Shown here one piece after another: positions 12,106 through 26,100 of a DNA stretch of 64,000 nucleotides. Position numbers and translations under genes: made by a program. The stretch spans positions 186,001 to 250,000 of the forward strand of contig JAQGDQ010000251.1 in NCBI GenBank assembly GCA_030141605.1, read 5' to 3'. Origin of the DNA: Tubiluchus corallicola. Taxonomy: Eukaryota; Animalia; Priapulida. Under the pieces are notes generated by a model. That model did no database searches. It worked only from the letters and a program-made list of their open reading frames with translations, and was not told where the DNA came from. The stretch's first letter is position 1. Each line of letters begins with the position of its first letter.

Positions 12106-15019
12106 CCAGCCAATCGTCTAAGATTTCACAGCCTTCCTAGTGAGTCATTTCAGCAACCTTTCATGTTCACAAAAGTTCATGCCCAGGGCTGGATTAAAAT
12201 TGGGAACAGTTTAGAAAACAGCAAATACTGGTCCATGGAGAGAATGTAACGTAGAATATTGTACTGATCTCTGCCTATGTATGTAGATGGATGTTTGGAT
12301 AATCTGATATAAGCTCTGAACAGTGACTTTAGTATTCTGAGTATTCTCGGTGATTTGCAGATCAAAACAAAAAGGCTCCATCTGGTATGGCTCTACTAAT
12401 GATTTTTCGAATTGTGCCACCAGAAAAAATGTCTTTTTGGCTAACATTATACTCCTTAATTTTCTTTAACCCATCAATCTAAAACTTTCAAGATTTGACA
12501 GAACACTATGTACAATAAATGTTGGTAGAACACTTCGCATGTGGTTGCCAGAAGTTCTATAGCTCTAAAAAGATACAGAGGTGGTCTACAGATCAGGACA
12601 GGTCCCGTTTAAAAATGAGCTCAACCATAATAAAGACTACTTACAACTTTCAGGTTCCATTTCAGGAGTTTCTCATTTGAAAAATAAAAGGGAGGATACT
12701 ATTGTCGTGAGGTAATGAACTACAATCTGTTCGCAACTTCTACTTAAAAGTAAGCCTCTTAGCTATGCAGTTTGTATTTCTTAGCCTCATCCAAGGAGTA
12801 AAATACTCAGTTAGCAAGCGAAATGTTTGCACAGTATTAATTGAATCCTGTTTATACATTTAAAAAATTAATATTTTTGCAGGACTTTCGGTAGTTTTTA
12901 AATCATTATTTTGAACAAAGGACAGTATGTCCCTCTTCATGATCTCAAAATCAGTCACTTTGCGATATTAATAAGTTACTAAGGACAACTAAGCTTGACA
13001 TTAGTGTTTTCAGAATCTGAAATAAGACTCAGACTGTAAAGCTCTGATAACTAGCAGCTTAAACTAATACAAACACAATTAGATGAAATGCCAACACACT
13101 ATGCACAGTTTTTTGCAGTTTTTCATTTAAATTGCAATACCCAAATTTTTGGTCACATTGAATACAGATGATTCTACAACAAAACCTAGGAAAACACTGC
13201 AAACTTTTGTAAAGTTTGCATTTGCTTAGATGCAGCTAGTATTGCTCTTATTCAGTTGCAAACAAAAAGCCTGCACCATTATTAAAACAATACTGCTAGA
13301 CTCACTTCAAGTTAAGTCACATGCCTAGTCATTCGAGCGACTAGGTCATAACTTGAGTATGAGTCAAGTGACTCTAGTCGACGACTCGCGTATAATAATT
13401 AAGATTTTCAACATGATCATTCGTAAGCCATTTATATGAAACTTCTACCTTAATATGCACTGTAAGGTTTTTTAAACTAAATTTCAGCTTGTTATATATT
13501 TAAGAACTTATTACATTAGAATGTAATTAGGTAGCTACAGTCAATGATGCAGTAACAAAGTTTGTGAAACAATTAGGCACTTTTAGGCAATTAGCAGCAG
13601 CAAACTCTGAATTTCATAGGCATGATAACAAACTTTAACATAATACACGGGAATTTATTCAAATTGAAAACAATTTATTTAATGGAACAAATCGCATATT
13701 AGGATATTAAACAGTTCGGATTTCAACAATGAATAAGTACAGTATGTAAAATGTTTGTTTCATAACTAAGCAGGCAAATAGTCTCTTGAATCAGAAGTAC
13801 TTCAGAAGAGTCAAAGTAGACCTACAGCAAGTCTCTCTGGTGTTTTACTAATGAATGTCTTCATTAAATTCTGTGTTTACTTTTTCCACACAAATTTGTG
13901 CATATGAAGTAAATGACTTGTATACATGCATGCAGCATAACTAGCCAGTGGTAGCCTTAGCATTCTAACTCCAACTCTGCAGATATGTAAATAAATTTTT
14001 ATAATCAGAAATGTGGACATGAACTGTTTTACTTCAGATATATGAGTCAAAAAATGTTAACAATAGGCCAGCTTAACGGATGTTCGGATAAGCATTATAC
14101 TACATGTGGGTATGAAGTTTTGAGTTTTGAGGAGATGAGCAGCCAAATGGTGAACAGACTGACCCCTTATGTGAAGTATTCAGTATGTAATAAGGAAATT
14201 TTGGTTATTCTTAATGAAAATTCGAAAGGGGACAAAGAGCTTACTTTGGTCCTATTATATTTTCAAAGGTGGCATATGCCCCTGTTGCCTCTTGTTTCCA
14301 CATCCACGTGGCTACAGCTAAAGAATGCCAACTGAATGAATGATATAAATTTCCCTTAAAACAATCCGCCAGTAATTAGTAATTAATTTTTTTATTTTTC
14401 TCCATAAATTTACAATAATTTGACAATAAAATATACAAAAATACAAACGAACATGGGAGAAAGGGGGGCAAAAATCCAAAGGTTAGCGAGTCAACCACAT
14501 GAACCACGAGTCAACCAGTGAAAATGCAAATTACGTGTAAGGAGTGACAAAGAAAGCCTACAATTGATATGTTGATCAAATGAAGACAGGCCCGACAACT
14601 ATATCTCAAACTTTAAGGAAAACAAAGAGGCTGAAAATGGGATTTTAATTCAATAATTGTTCTTAATTGACTAGGTACGGTACATGCATGTTCAGTGACT
14701 CTTTGCTCTGATTTTAACAAACAGAGAGTTGGAAAAACGCTAAAAGCGAAACAAAGTTTTGTAATTTTTACATAAAATAAGTTTAGAAGCAGGGCTCCAC
14801 TTGGTGTCAAGTTAGAAAGTGAAATACGGCGTGGTCACGCCATATTGGTCTAATGCCGAATTGCTAAACGTGGTTACACTTCTATATAACGAACTGAATA
14901 CACATTTCTGCTTCATGAATTTAACCAAAACTTTGTTTACGTTGCTAATGCAATACTTGGGCAGCATGCAACAGGTGATCAAATATTCAAAAGATTATTA
15001 CCTCGATTCTGCTAGCTTT

Positions 15020-15083
15020 GTTGTTCAGGGTAACAGTCGCCACAGCTACGGTGTCTATGGCGTTTCCTTGGGCAACAGTTGCC
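15020..15083. promoter_or_regulatory. Cluster of X-box-like sites next to the putative Rfx exon-1 donor
   Basis: GTTGTTCAGGGTAAC (15020-34), GTCGCCACAGCTAC (15036-49), GTTTCCTTGGGCAAC (15062-76), GTTGCC half site (15078-83). Confidence 0.6.
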
Positions 15084-15099
15084 AAACCGTGTTACTTAC

Positions 15100-15691
15100 C
15101 TTGCTTTACTCAATTATTCCGCAACAGATCAATTTAAGTTATATTAAAATTAAATAAACAAACATTGTGCCACTAATGAAGCAAAATTGATTAGACTCAA
15201 TCACTGCACATGCTTATGCAAAATGCGTTTTGAGTTAGTTACTTATTTGTTTTTTATAGTAGTATTATCGACCTATTTTTACGGCGCATTTCTTTCTTAT
15301 GGTCGTTTTATGACGTCACAATAGCTGCTCGAAGAAGATTGTTACTAATATATCTATGGTCACTAAGCCTGACCACTAATCAGGGATATTGGTACAAAAA
15401 ATACAATCATTAGTAATAACTTTTCCTCGCTGATCAGTTACTTTGCCATAATATTAAATTTGGCGAAAACAAACTATTACCAAATGTTTAATGTCCAAAA
15501 CACTAGCACAGCAGTGCTTAGTTATTCGCTAGGTGCCATTGTACAAGTCGCTCTTCTTCTTATGCCCTTTTGCTCATACCTTGTTTCCAGTACATGTCGT
15601 CATTAACTGTGGCATTTTCACCTTACCATTTTAGCTTGTCCAACACCTGTAATATACTATGTATATATTAGTTTCACCACATAAGAAGCAG
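15100..15691. promoter_or_regulatory. Putative bidirectional promoter and non-coding first exons of Rfx (-) and Wsck (+)
   Basis: Consensus donor AAG|GTAAGT on the - strand at 15100/15099; CAG|GTAAGC on the + strand at 15691/15692; full CRE TGACGTCA at 15311-15318; locally more CpG. Confidence 0.45.
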
Positions 15692-18600
15692 GTAAGCAAC
15701 CGCTTCTGAAAATCATTTGTATGTTAACCTAGACTCACCCTTATCTAACAAAAATGATACATCTTTGGTAGTGTGCCTTTTTTGCGAGTAATATATACAC
15801 CTTAATTACGATTTCCGAAGTTACTGCTTGAATACATAAGTTTAATTCAATTTTTGTTGGTATATAAAACAGTTTTAGGCAGGGTGGGGCATACGGCCTT
15901 GTCAGTGCAGGTTTTTTACAGAAATGCCAAGAGAGAATTCCATATGACTTGGTACGGTAAAAGCCATGGACGGATAAAAGCAGAAAAGAATTTTATGCAA
16001 AAGGCAAATGACAAAAGACTCTGGTTATTTAATTATACCACATTTCTATTATTAGTTTATAATCATACCATTAATCATTTTTGTATGTAGGCAAGTATAG
16101 GCAGCGTAATATAATATTTGTTCGAACCATTAGATGAACACTAATATTTGTTCTAATAACTGAAGCTGGCATAAAGAATTTTGATGATATTATACTAATT
16201 TTATTTGCTCCAAAAGCCAAGTTGTTGAAAGTTTTATAATTGAAAATATTTTGCAATATCGTATGTAAGGTGTTTAGGTGCCTGAATTAAATCTTTTGGT
16301 GAAAAACAACTTTTGTGTCTTGTATGCACAAAATAACACTTTTGGGCAAATAACTACCCTTCTTGCTATAATGCACAACGCAATTAATTTTAAGGTACTG
16401 ATCGACACTGCCAGATTTAATAATATTTACCAATACTATTTTAATTTTTTAGTATGTATAGTACATATACAGTTCATATTTTAATTGAGACCCTGTCGTT
16501 TTGAAGGTCTACTGTACGACTATGCAATAACTCAGATTCAATAAGTAATAAGTAATTATGTAATACATATACGTTTTTTAAAAAAAGTTAAAGAATTCTT
16601 ACTATATAGCCTATTATTAATTCAGATTTGTGCGAAATTTCTGAAATTAGATATTTCAAAACGTTTTTGTTATATACAATATTGTTAACGTTCCAACAAT
16701 GATTTAACAAATTTCATGCTTGATGTGAATATGAATACAAGTATATCTGATCAATCTAATGTGCCCTGGTTTTTAATTTTTAAGAGCTTGTCTCACTGTT
16801 GAGTATGGTGCTAAATAGTATCAAAAGTTACTACAATGGTAGTGTTGGTAAAAGTTATGGCGAGAATATTACATTATATACATACATAATAATACACATT
16901 ATATATTGTAATATTGTATATAATGCGTATATATATATATATATAGCTGGGCACTATTCTTGGATCATCTTAGCTTTTACTCGGTTTTGCAGGATAGCTC
17001 CAATGTGTTCGGCTGGGTTGAAGTTTGATAGGTTAGTTGTGAAGCCATTCAGTTCGATCTACTCAGATCGATAATGTACATATAGAGCACATGGCTATCG
17101 TTCAGGTTGGTACTAGTTAAGTTTTATTGTGAAATTTCTATTGCTCAAATAAATAGCTGACTCTTACTAACAAGTGCTGCACTTTGTGGATAGTAAATAA
17201 ACCGATCCTGCGAAACTAAAAGAGGAACTTTACTGCGTTAATTTTAGCACCAAGTTGGACTGAGATTTATCTCACGAAAAGTTTTTACTTCGCTGATAAT
17301 TTATGAATTTGGTAAAGGACAGAAAAGGCTATGCTCATTTATTTTTTTGTAATTCGGCACACTGAAATTCGAAATACAGTGGCAGGACTTAGTTAACATT
17401 AACATCTTATTTCAGAACTTGAGTTGTTAAACGTTAAGCTAATCTTACGCAATGGTAATGACCCCGGTCGCTTTTAGTTTAATTCAGTTGTCTCATTCCA
17501 GATGCATATATACTATTTAATTACACACATTCATTATAACTGCATAGAGACAGGGTGGCGAAAGAGCTGGCATACCTATTTATAAAACTCATTTGTATTT
17601 AGTTAACTTAGTGCTCTTGGCAGCTTCCGAGAGACTTATGTTTTACAGTTATCCTCTTATTAAATTAAATCATGTTAGTAGTTGAAAATCAACATATTTT
17701 TCACTTTAATAACATGTTACACTTTGTTAGTATCTCATGTCTATATAGACATAGATATCATCTATGTCTATATAGTACACGGTTGCCCACAGTTAACCAT
17801 GCAATCAAAAAAAAGTCTGCCGGGCATCACAAATCCAGTCAACATTTTGGGGCAACCGGGAAACATCAACTTATAGTGACTTATAAAGTCCACTTATACT
17901 GGCAAACGATGAAATCGATTGCAGCGTTCTTCAGCACTGTAGTATCTTTACACTCTTCTTCTCCAAAGTTTACTTCATCAAATTCAATTGAAACAGTTTT
18001 CTTGTAACACAAACTATAGTTCACGTATCTGGATGCTTTTGACAGCTTTTCACTACAAATATTTTTACTTTTAGCATATTAAGTCTTAAAGTAGTGCACT
18101 CCTCCTGATCCCATTTATTGGTTTTTAGAAATCATAATTTTGTGCTCTTACTACATTTTGAATTTGTATTTGTCTTGTATTATAGATTTTATTTTAGATT
18201 TCACATTGTTTTCATTTAATTCTTTACATATTCTTTGGTAATAATAATTTCACACGTGTTTACTATTTTGTTCATTTTGTTTTACTAACTCTGATCATAT
18301 TGATATTTTATTTGTTATTCCACAACTTTGCTATATAACCTTTCACTTCCTGATATTAAATTCTGTAAAATTTGCGTTTTTTGTAGCAAGTACGTTCTCC
18401 AATTGGCTACATTCCCAATTCTGGTATTAAACTCCAATAACTTGTGGTTTTTGGCATTTCCAAACTTTATGTTTATTATACACAATGCAAATTCTTATTG
18501 GCTTTCCTTGAATGCTATTGGAGAGAGGAGAAATTTTTTTGAAAAAAATTTTTTTAAAAGCTTTGTGAATGTTTAAAGCTGAATCGTGGAATGTTTAAAA

Positions 18601-20094
18601 TCAATTAAAAATCAAAGTTGTCTATTTCCCACTGGTTAGCAGTAATGTTTTATGTTTTTTCAGTGCACATTTTTCACGCTTTGTTTTTTAGTTTCGCATT
18701 ACAAAATTATCGTATAATTATCGATTATTGTATAGTCTCCTTTTATCATGAATTTATATGTTCTGATAATTATGGTATAAGCGGCAACGCTGTCCTGCCA
18801 AATTCCTTAGTTTTTAGCCTCCAATACAATGAGCGTTATACAAAACGTCAACCCCGTCCGAGAGTTAACAGTGGAAAAACACGGTCGTGTCCTGCTTTCC
18901 CCGAAAGAACGATGTTATAATAATTTTACGTTTTAAATTAAATAAAATTCCCGATAAAAAAAGCATTACCTGGGCGATTAGACTGAAACAGAAGTATTTT
19001 TACTGTTGGCCTCATTGTGTTTTAATTTCATTTCTACTGACATTTTTTTCTGTTAATACCTTGCATATTTTTTCTTCATTTAGCCAATCACCAAGAAAGG
19101 CAGTGCTTTTATTGCATAGCTACTAAATATCAAAAAGTCGAGAAATATTAACATTTTCGAGTACTGTACAAACAACTTAACTAGTTTTCCCTAGCATTTT
19201 TGCATTCGAGTTATGATTCAACATTCAATCTAGGATGCAACTCAATTGCATATAGTATGATTTTTCACGTACTTGTGATGCTTAATGAACATTTTATGTA
19301 GTTTGTCTTCCATTTTAAAAAGTGATATATTTCTAAAGTAATGTGTTCTAATTTTAATTAGAATGATTTTAACGTTGTCGTACTAGGGTTATTTTAAATG
19401 TGTTCTTTACCCCAGTCTCTTTTTTGTGCAATTCTGTGCTAGCCTCTGCATTATAAGGCATGTACTTGCAAGAATAAGTAATGCACTTCATATCCTAAAT
19501 TATACGTATGCAATGAAAGTTAATTTAGTAGTGGTAATAATAATGGTGATAATAATTATGCTACTCGTGCAATGATATATTATTTTTTGTTATGCATTGC
19601 ATTGTACTATTATAGGCCTATTTATAATAATCATAAAATATATAATAATAACTAGCACGTGATAATAATCATCTACCTACTTTTACCATTGTACATTTAA
19701 TATATAACCCAGTAGTAAAACAAGCGTTATAATTAACAGGTTTTATTGACAATAATTAATAAATGTCTCAAATGCATTTCAATTTTGCTGTAATGCGATA
19801 ATGTTTGTAATTATTGTTGGTATCTATTTTTCCACTACACATGATAGTGACAACAAAGCTAACGACCGATTAATAATGACATTATTAAACTAGTTTTCAA
19901 CTAAAGCAAGCTTGAAACAGATTCATTTTTTTGTCAAATGTTTTTTGTTGACTCCAGATTCGGCCTAAAATGAAGATATATGGTACAGTCAGGAGAATTG
20001 TCATGAAAACATTGCATCTGTAAAAGCAATTTAGTCGCACTGTATAGGTTGCCAGTACTGCGGGATCTCCAGTATTATGTGCACGTGGAGCAAC

Positions 20095-20140
20095 ATGGAG
20101 TTTTTGTGGGTTGTGCTTGTCTCTTGCACATTTGCTGTTG
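20095..20140 (+). CDS. Wsck: Wsck exon: signal peptide [15 protein letters not shown]
   Basis: Hydrophobic leader; donor TTG|GTACGT, phase 1. Confidence 0.75.
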
Positions 20141-23100
20141 GTACGTTTTATAATTATTGCGGTTTATGACATCCTTTTAGTTCATGTTCAGTCTTTCAAA
20201 ACACATCCGTTTATCAACTGACCACACAAAGCATTTTGTAAAAGGGCTGTGATACTCTAAGACATTAAACGAAAACAGAATGATTGTTCACATCCTACCC
20301 CATTTTGTAGTACAGTAAAAAATATACACATTAACTCCTTCCGGACAGGTACATACATCTGTGATGGGTAAAAACAATGTCTTATTAACTAAAGTGTCCA
20401 CTCTCCAAATTTAATGAAATTTCGAAATGAAGCAGCTAAAATGTAAATACAAGTAAATTATATAAGAACAAAAAAAGATCTGTTGTATTCTTCGCTATCA
20501 GTCTTAGAAGTTTTTTGCAAACTAACGGGCAAAAGTTGTGCTTTGCGTGTTCACAGAATACAGCAACAGCTAGTGCTGACAGTGAGCAGTACTCTGAGCA
20601 CACTTGAATGTTATTTTGCTTTTGAATGTACATATGAAGAATGAAATAATATTAACAGCGTTTTTGAGTTTTTTGAAATTTTGAACAATTTCGTACTTGG
20701 ATTTTCACATTTCGTATCATTCTGTTATTTACTCAACTAAATAAAGAATCTAAGCATTTTATTTGCAATGTTAGAAAAAAATTTTAATTCTGTATCAGAA
20801 AAATATAGTTTTGCACTAGTATATCATGTAATTGGGTCGTTTTGGGCATTTTTGTGCCGGAATATCAAATCTACACAAATATTCGTCATCGTGAAGGAAC
20901 TAAGATGTATAATAGTGTAAAAGCATTTCTGATAATTAACTAATTAGTTAAAAACTTAGTTAACGGCCAGGGAGCCCAACATTCAGTGTAATGTACAAAA
21001 ACTCAGCAAATTATCAGTTTAAAATTCAACATTTAAATTTACCACTGCACTCGTGCATGAGCTCTCCAATGTGTGCACTACATTACAACTGAACACTTCT
21101 GAAATGAGAGGTACAGTACCTGTTTTTTATACAATGCATTTCTGAGATGCAGGCTCTAGTGTCCATGTAACCAGCAACTGGCGAAATGCATGCAACAGCA
21201 AAGAACTAGTGGTGCAAACATGAAATTAGATTTCTATGCTAGTAATTCTTTTATGTAAATCACTCTTGAAAAACGATATGTTCCCTGTAAATATTTTGTA
21301 AAATAGGCTGTTTTAGTATAAGCTGTAGTACAAGATTGGTTCTGGTTCTCCTTTAAGTAAATTGGAAAAAATGGCCTTACTCTTAAAGTGAAAAAGTACT
21401 TTGTTTGGTCACTCATTGTTAATTTTGGTATTTGTGTATCATTTCTTAGATTTAGGCTTTGTGTTATTTAATACCTACGTTGAATGTTAGATAACATTAT
21501 ACATGGTTAATTGATTTATTGGTTCTTAATTTCATCAGTTAAACATTGTGTGATTATTTTAGCATCTGGCAAGTTTATTGGATGTTTTCAAGCTATTGAG
21601 TCTAATTCTCCGGATGCACTTATGCTAAGAACTAGTGACCCTTTCCATATGACCATTATCAAATGCATTCAAGTGTGCAAAGACGATGGGACTATTTATG
21701 TTGGTTTGAAAGGAGGGATTCATTGCTACTGTGGAAATAGGTAGCTAGTTATTATATAATTAAGTTAGCTTATTGATATATATAGTACAGTGCATTCATG
21801 TTGTAAAAGCTTCAGATATGAAAGCAACTTTCAGACACCTATTATTTTAGTAAGTGTTATGCTTTCTGTACTTGTTGAGAAATCATAGATTCTGATTTGG
21901 CTGAAACCATTGAAAGTCGACAAAGCCCTTTATTTATAGTCGCTGGAATGTATCATAATCATAGCCTACTATAAAGAACCACTATAGGATGCAAAGCTGT
22001 TGAGCACTACAAATAATACCTCATATCTTTTTGTCACTTACACCAGCGGTTATGAAGTTTAACACATGAAAATTTAAAGCTTTAGTAAGTGGGTTACATG
22101 TTCATATAATTTTGATCTGGGTTATTTTTTAATTACAATTGTAGTTTTCGAAGTCTTCGCATTTTGGTACCGTTTAAAATAAGTTTCATTCTAGCAGGGT
22201 GATTTGGTCTTGATATATGAAGTACATGAGAAAAACTCTTATTTGTAGGAAAAAAATTGTTTCATCTTTAAAAGTCTTAGATATTCTGAACAGTCTCACC
22301 TTCATAATCTAGCTGAAGTTACCTTTTAATTACACTTTATCACACAAGATATGTTATTTAACTAAAACACTATAATATCTGATTTCTAGCTATAGCACCG
22401 GATCAGCACTTTGCAACGTCCAGTGTAGTGGAGACGCAACTCAGATATGTGGAGACAAAAATGCCTTTTCTGTGTATGATACTGAAATCCCTGGTATGTA
22501 CATGTTTTATGGTAGTACGATGTTTTTTAAAGTGAAATTGTTCAGTTTTAAAGAGGCTAGACATAATTGTGTTGGGTTAGGGGTGCAGAGATGTTTATAT
22601 TATGTTCTGTGTACTTCTCTTTTTTGTTTGCATGTGATTGTTGACTTGTGCAAAAGGTTCACTCTATGCATAATACATATTTCTATCTTGCTTTGCAGGT
22701 TTGCTTTTGTCAAATTATTAAATATACCTTCATGTTTGCATCCTAGTTATTCATGTTACATTGTTTTTATTGAGATAAGCAGATGACGTATTTTTTTTTA
22801 CTTTTTCCTGTTACAGTCTTACAGTGTACTCTTGGTTACTCATCTTCAACTTGTGAGCACATTATTTCACAATGTTAACTTTCAATTGTAACATTTAAAT
22901 GTACTGTCCGCCTTACCTGAAAAAATGAATTATGCATAGAAATTTCAATATTTGAAGTAACAAAATTGTAATCGGCAGGCTGCAATCACATTTTAAGAAT
23001 TTATACTTTGTTTGCTATAATCACAGCATCGTTTTCTCCTTGTCTTATGCATAATTTATTATAACATTATTAGAGAAACAGATCCCAAAGAAAAAGTTTG

Positions 23101-26100
23101 TCACAGGCAAATGCACGCATTCTATTTTCGTCATATTTTGTTCTTAGAACATGTGTTTAATATACATTAAATGGGTATTTGGATAATCCCTCCCACCCAT
23201 ATGTTATTACAGCAAGTTTTGCTGACTACCACTACAAGTAATAAACTGTAAAACTGCCCGTATTTAAGCTTTAAATTTTATTTTGGACTAATTTTGGCAA
23301 CTTGCTTTCTCTGCTTTCAGTCCCAGGTGCACCACTTGCCTTGGAGTTGGTGTCACAAGAAGAAACATCCATTACCATAAAGTGGGAACCCTCTTCTGAG
23401 CCCAGCGGCAAGTTAATTAATTTCGAGGTAATTTATGTTAAAAGTTGACATTTGCTTGCCATTCTTGTGTTGCTTACATATATTGTTTCATCTCATTTGC
23501 TCTATATGGCATTCTGTGTTAAACACTTCTAGTTTGTAGATGTGCTATATATCATTAATTTAGTTTGTTTAAGTCACATAATGCAAGCTATGTGTATCAT
23601 ATCGTACAAGGAATACATGTAATCTGCTATAAAGACTTTATAATAGTTGAGTTATGTTTAGAAAAAATGAATTGATTTGAAAAATGTTGACCAGGTAGAA
23701 CAGCAAAGATTGATATAATATTCATGTATACCCTATTCAGGTTTCAGCGATACCGGAATTTTCATATAATCCTCTTGTGAAGCGAGGGTCTGATAAGTAC
23801 TCTGTCAAGTATACAGTTGCTCCAGATATGTGGAGCTTCAACATTCAGAATTTGCTGCCTGGAAGCGAATATGCTGTGAGAGTTAAAGCCCGAAATGAAG
23901 CTGGTTACAGCAAAGCTGCCAGAAGAAACTTCTGGACGGAGATTGGTGGTAAGTCATGTGATCAGACATTTCTGGCCTGGGAATTTTCGAAGGCTACAGA
24001 CATGTCATGTCTTATTGTGTTTTTTAGGCTTCTGCAGTTGTTTCAAGTGCAGTTTTAAACAAAAGTAGCTATGCTGTAGAATTTATAAAATAACTGTTTG
24101 GAAGAATTCTCTCTCCTTGCCATTTATTCTAAAGTTATCCTTATTTAGAATTGCCTGTAAAATTTGGCTTCGTTGTGCATTTAGTAGGTCAGCCAATCAG
24201 AATTTAGCCCTTCTTTAGTCTATTCTTTGGAAGCGAAGAAATTGTCATGTCTTTTTTGCTTTTCTGTAATGCTGAATTTAAAGTAAATGCTTTTAAAATT
24301 ACTTTAAAACAATAACAAATAAGAAATAGCACTGTACCTGGTAAGCCTATACTTGTAAATTTTCCATATTTACATACGCATTTGTGTAATGCATGGTGGG
24401 TAGAGTTTGAAATTAAAATATTTCACTATGTTTAGAGGTGTTGGTATACCAATTAAACCGGTTGGAATTAATGTTTGTCTTTTGTATCAATGCAGAATGT
24501 GTAATTGTACTGACCACAAGAAGAAGTCATTATGTTTTCTGACCGGTTAATAGCCGATGCCAGTATTCCACTACGTCTGCATAGATACTGACTTTCTTTC
24601 TGTGAAAAAAATTGTTTCCACTGTACTTGTAGAATTGTGCAAATCTCCTTGGATAGGTATAGGAAATGTATTTCTCCTGTATCTTTTTGCTAACTATGTT
24701 AATGCATCTTTCTACATTCTGTCTTATCTAATATTCTAGTTATGTGTACCGCAGACTCCTGGGTAATGTGGTTTGAAAAATTTAATCAACAATGTCGAAA
24801 CATTTAGTGGTAATAGAAACTAAACAAGTTTTGCCATTCAGTATTCATTACTGTTTGACTTCTGCACTAAATGATTGTTCTTCAGCGCCCGAATCACCGC
24901 CGGATGTAACAATCACAGAAAGAACTGCTACATCAATGACTGTGTATTTACCACCAGCGTTTTCATCGAAGGGACCAATATCGTATGTAACAACACTGTT
25001 GTTTTATAAATTTAGAACATACATAAAAATGTGATAATTGTGGAATACATCTAAAATGTCTACAAAATGTGTCTCCTTGTATTACTTTTACAAATAGACT
25101 CTTTTAAACAAACTATAATTGTAAATTTTGGATGTCATGGAATTTTTATTCACAATGATTTGCTATTTATAGCTACATCATACAAATATCCAAAGTATCT
25201 ATAACCTCTTGTTAAGAAATTATCAGTCTTAATAATGTGTTTACTCTTAGTGGTTTTTATTTCAGTGGCTATCATGTAGTACCATTTGACCTCTCTTCGC
25301 CAGTGAAATTTGATCCAGAGAATCTTGTAGGACATGAGGGTGCTCAAGCTCTCGGCTTGCCGTATTATTTAACAGCAAACTTGACTCACAGAAAAGCGCA
25401 AAGCTTGCATCGTTACTTCACTGTTGGCGATCATAACAATTATGGTGGATATTTTAATGCACCTTTGAACAAAGATAAGAAATACACTGTTATCTTCGGA
25501 GTTGTTAGCAGCTTAGATGGGGTAAGGAAATCCGCGAATTTTCAGTTTTCGTATAAGTCATTCAGATGAAGATAAAACGAGAATTTGATCATGAATGAAT
25601 GATTATGAAGGTTCATTTAGCTTTAAGATTGTGTATGTTAATCTTGTGAAAAGTTTTGCTTTTTTGGCCTTTTAATAATTACTCATTAAATAAATTGGAA
25701 GGCCAGTTTTTAAACCTATTTAAACCTAAACTTTTTAAAAGTGATTAGCCTATTTTTATCTGTTTTTAGGATATACAACATTACAAAAAACAGATTAAAA
25801 TATTTAAAATTAACTAACTCTTTAGTTATCTGACACAATCTTAGTTTGCACATCTATTGCATACAAGGTAGTACCTGTTTTAGCTGTTTTTACAATATTT
25901 TTGTAGTTGTTTTTCCTTTACAGATTACAAAGTTAGCATATTCTAAATTTAGAACTTTTGTTGGGTCAGAAAATGACGATGGAATAAATGTTTTTGAAAG
26001 TAAGTAGTAATGTTGCATAGTGATGAGCAATTAATAGATTAATCGAATTAATCCCGATTGCAACCATACTTAAATCGGTATGATCAGCGATTGAATTGTA

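Noticed and set aside
14819-15157. 112-aa plus-strand ORF over the X-box cluster
   Set aside because: GTG start and no domain; likely a chance ORF in a regulatory region.
25173-25194. Alternative small Wsck exon (YIIQISK)
   Set aside because: It is not phase-compatible with the next exon, and direct splicing 24982->25266 gives a sensible GPISGYHVV.
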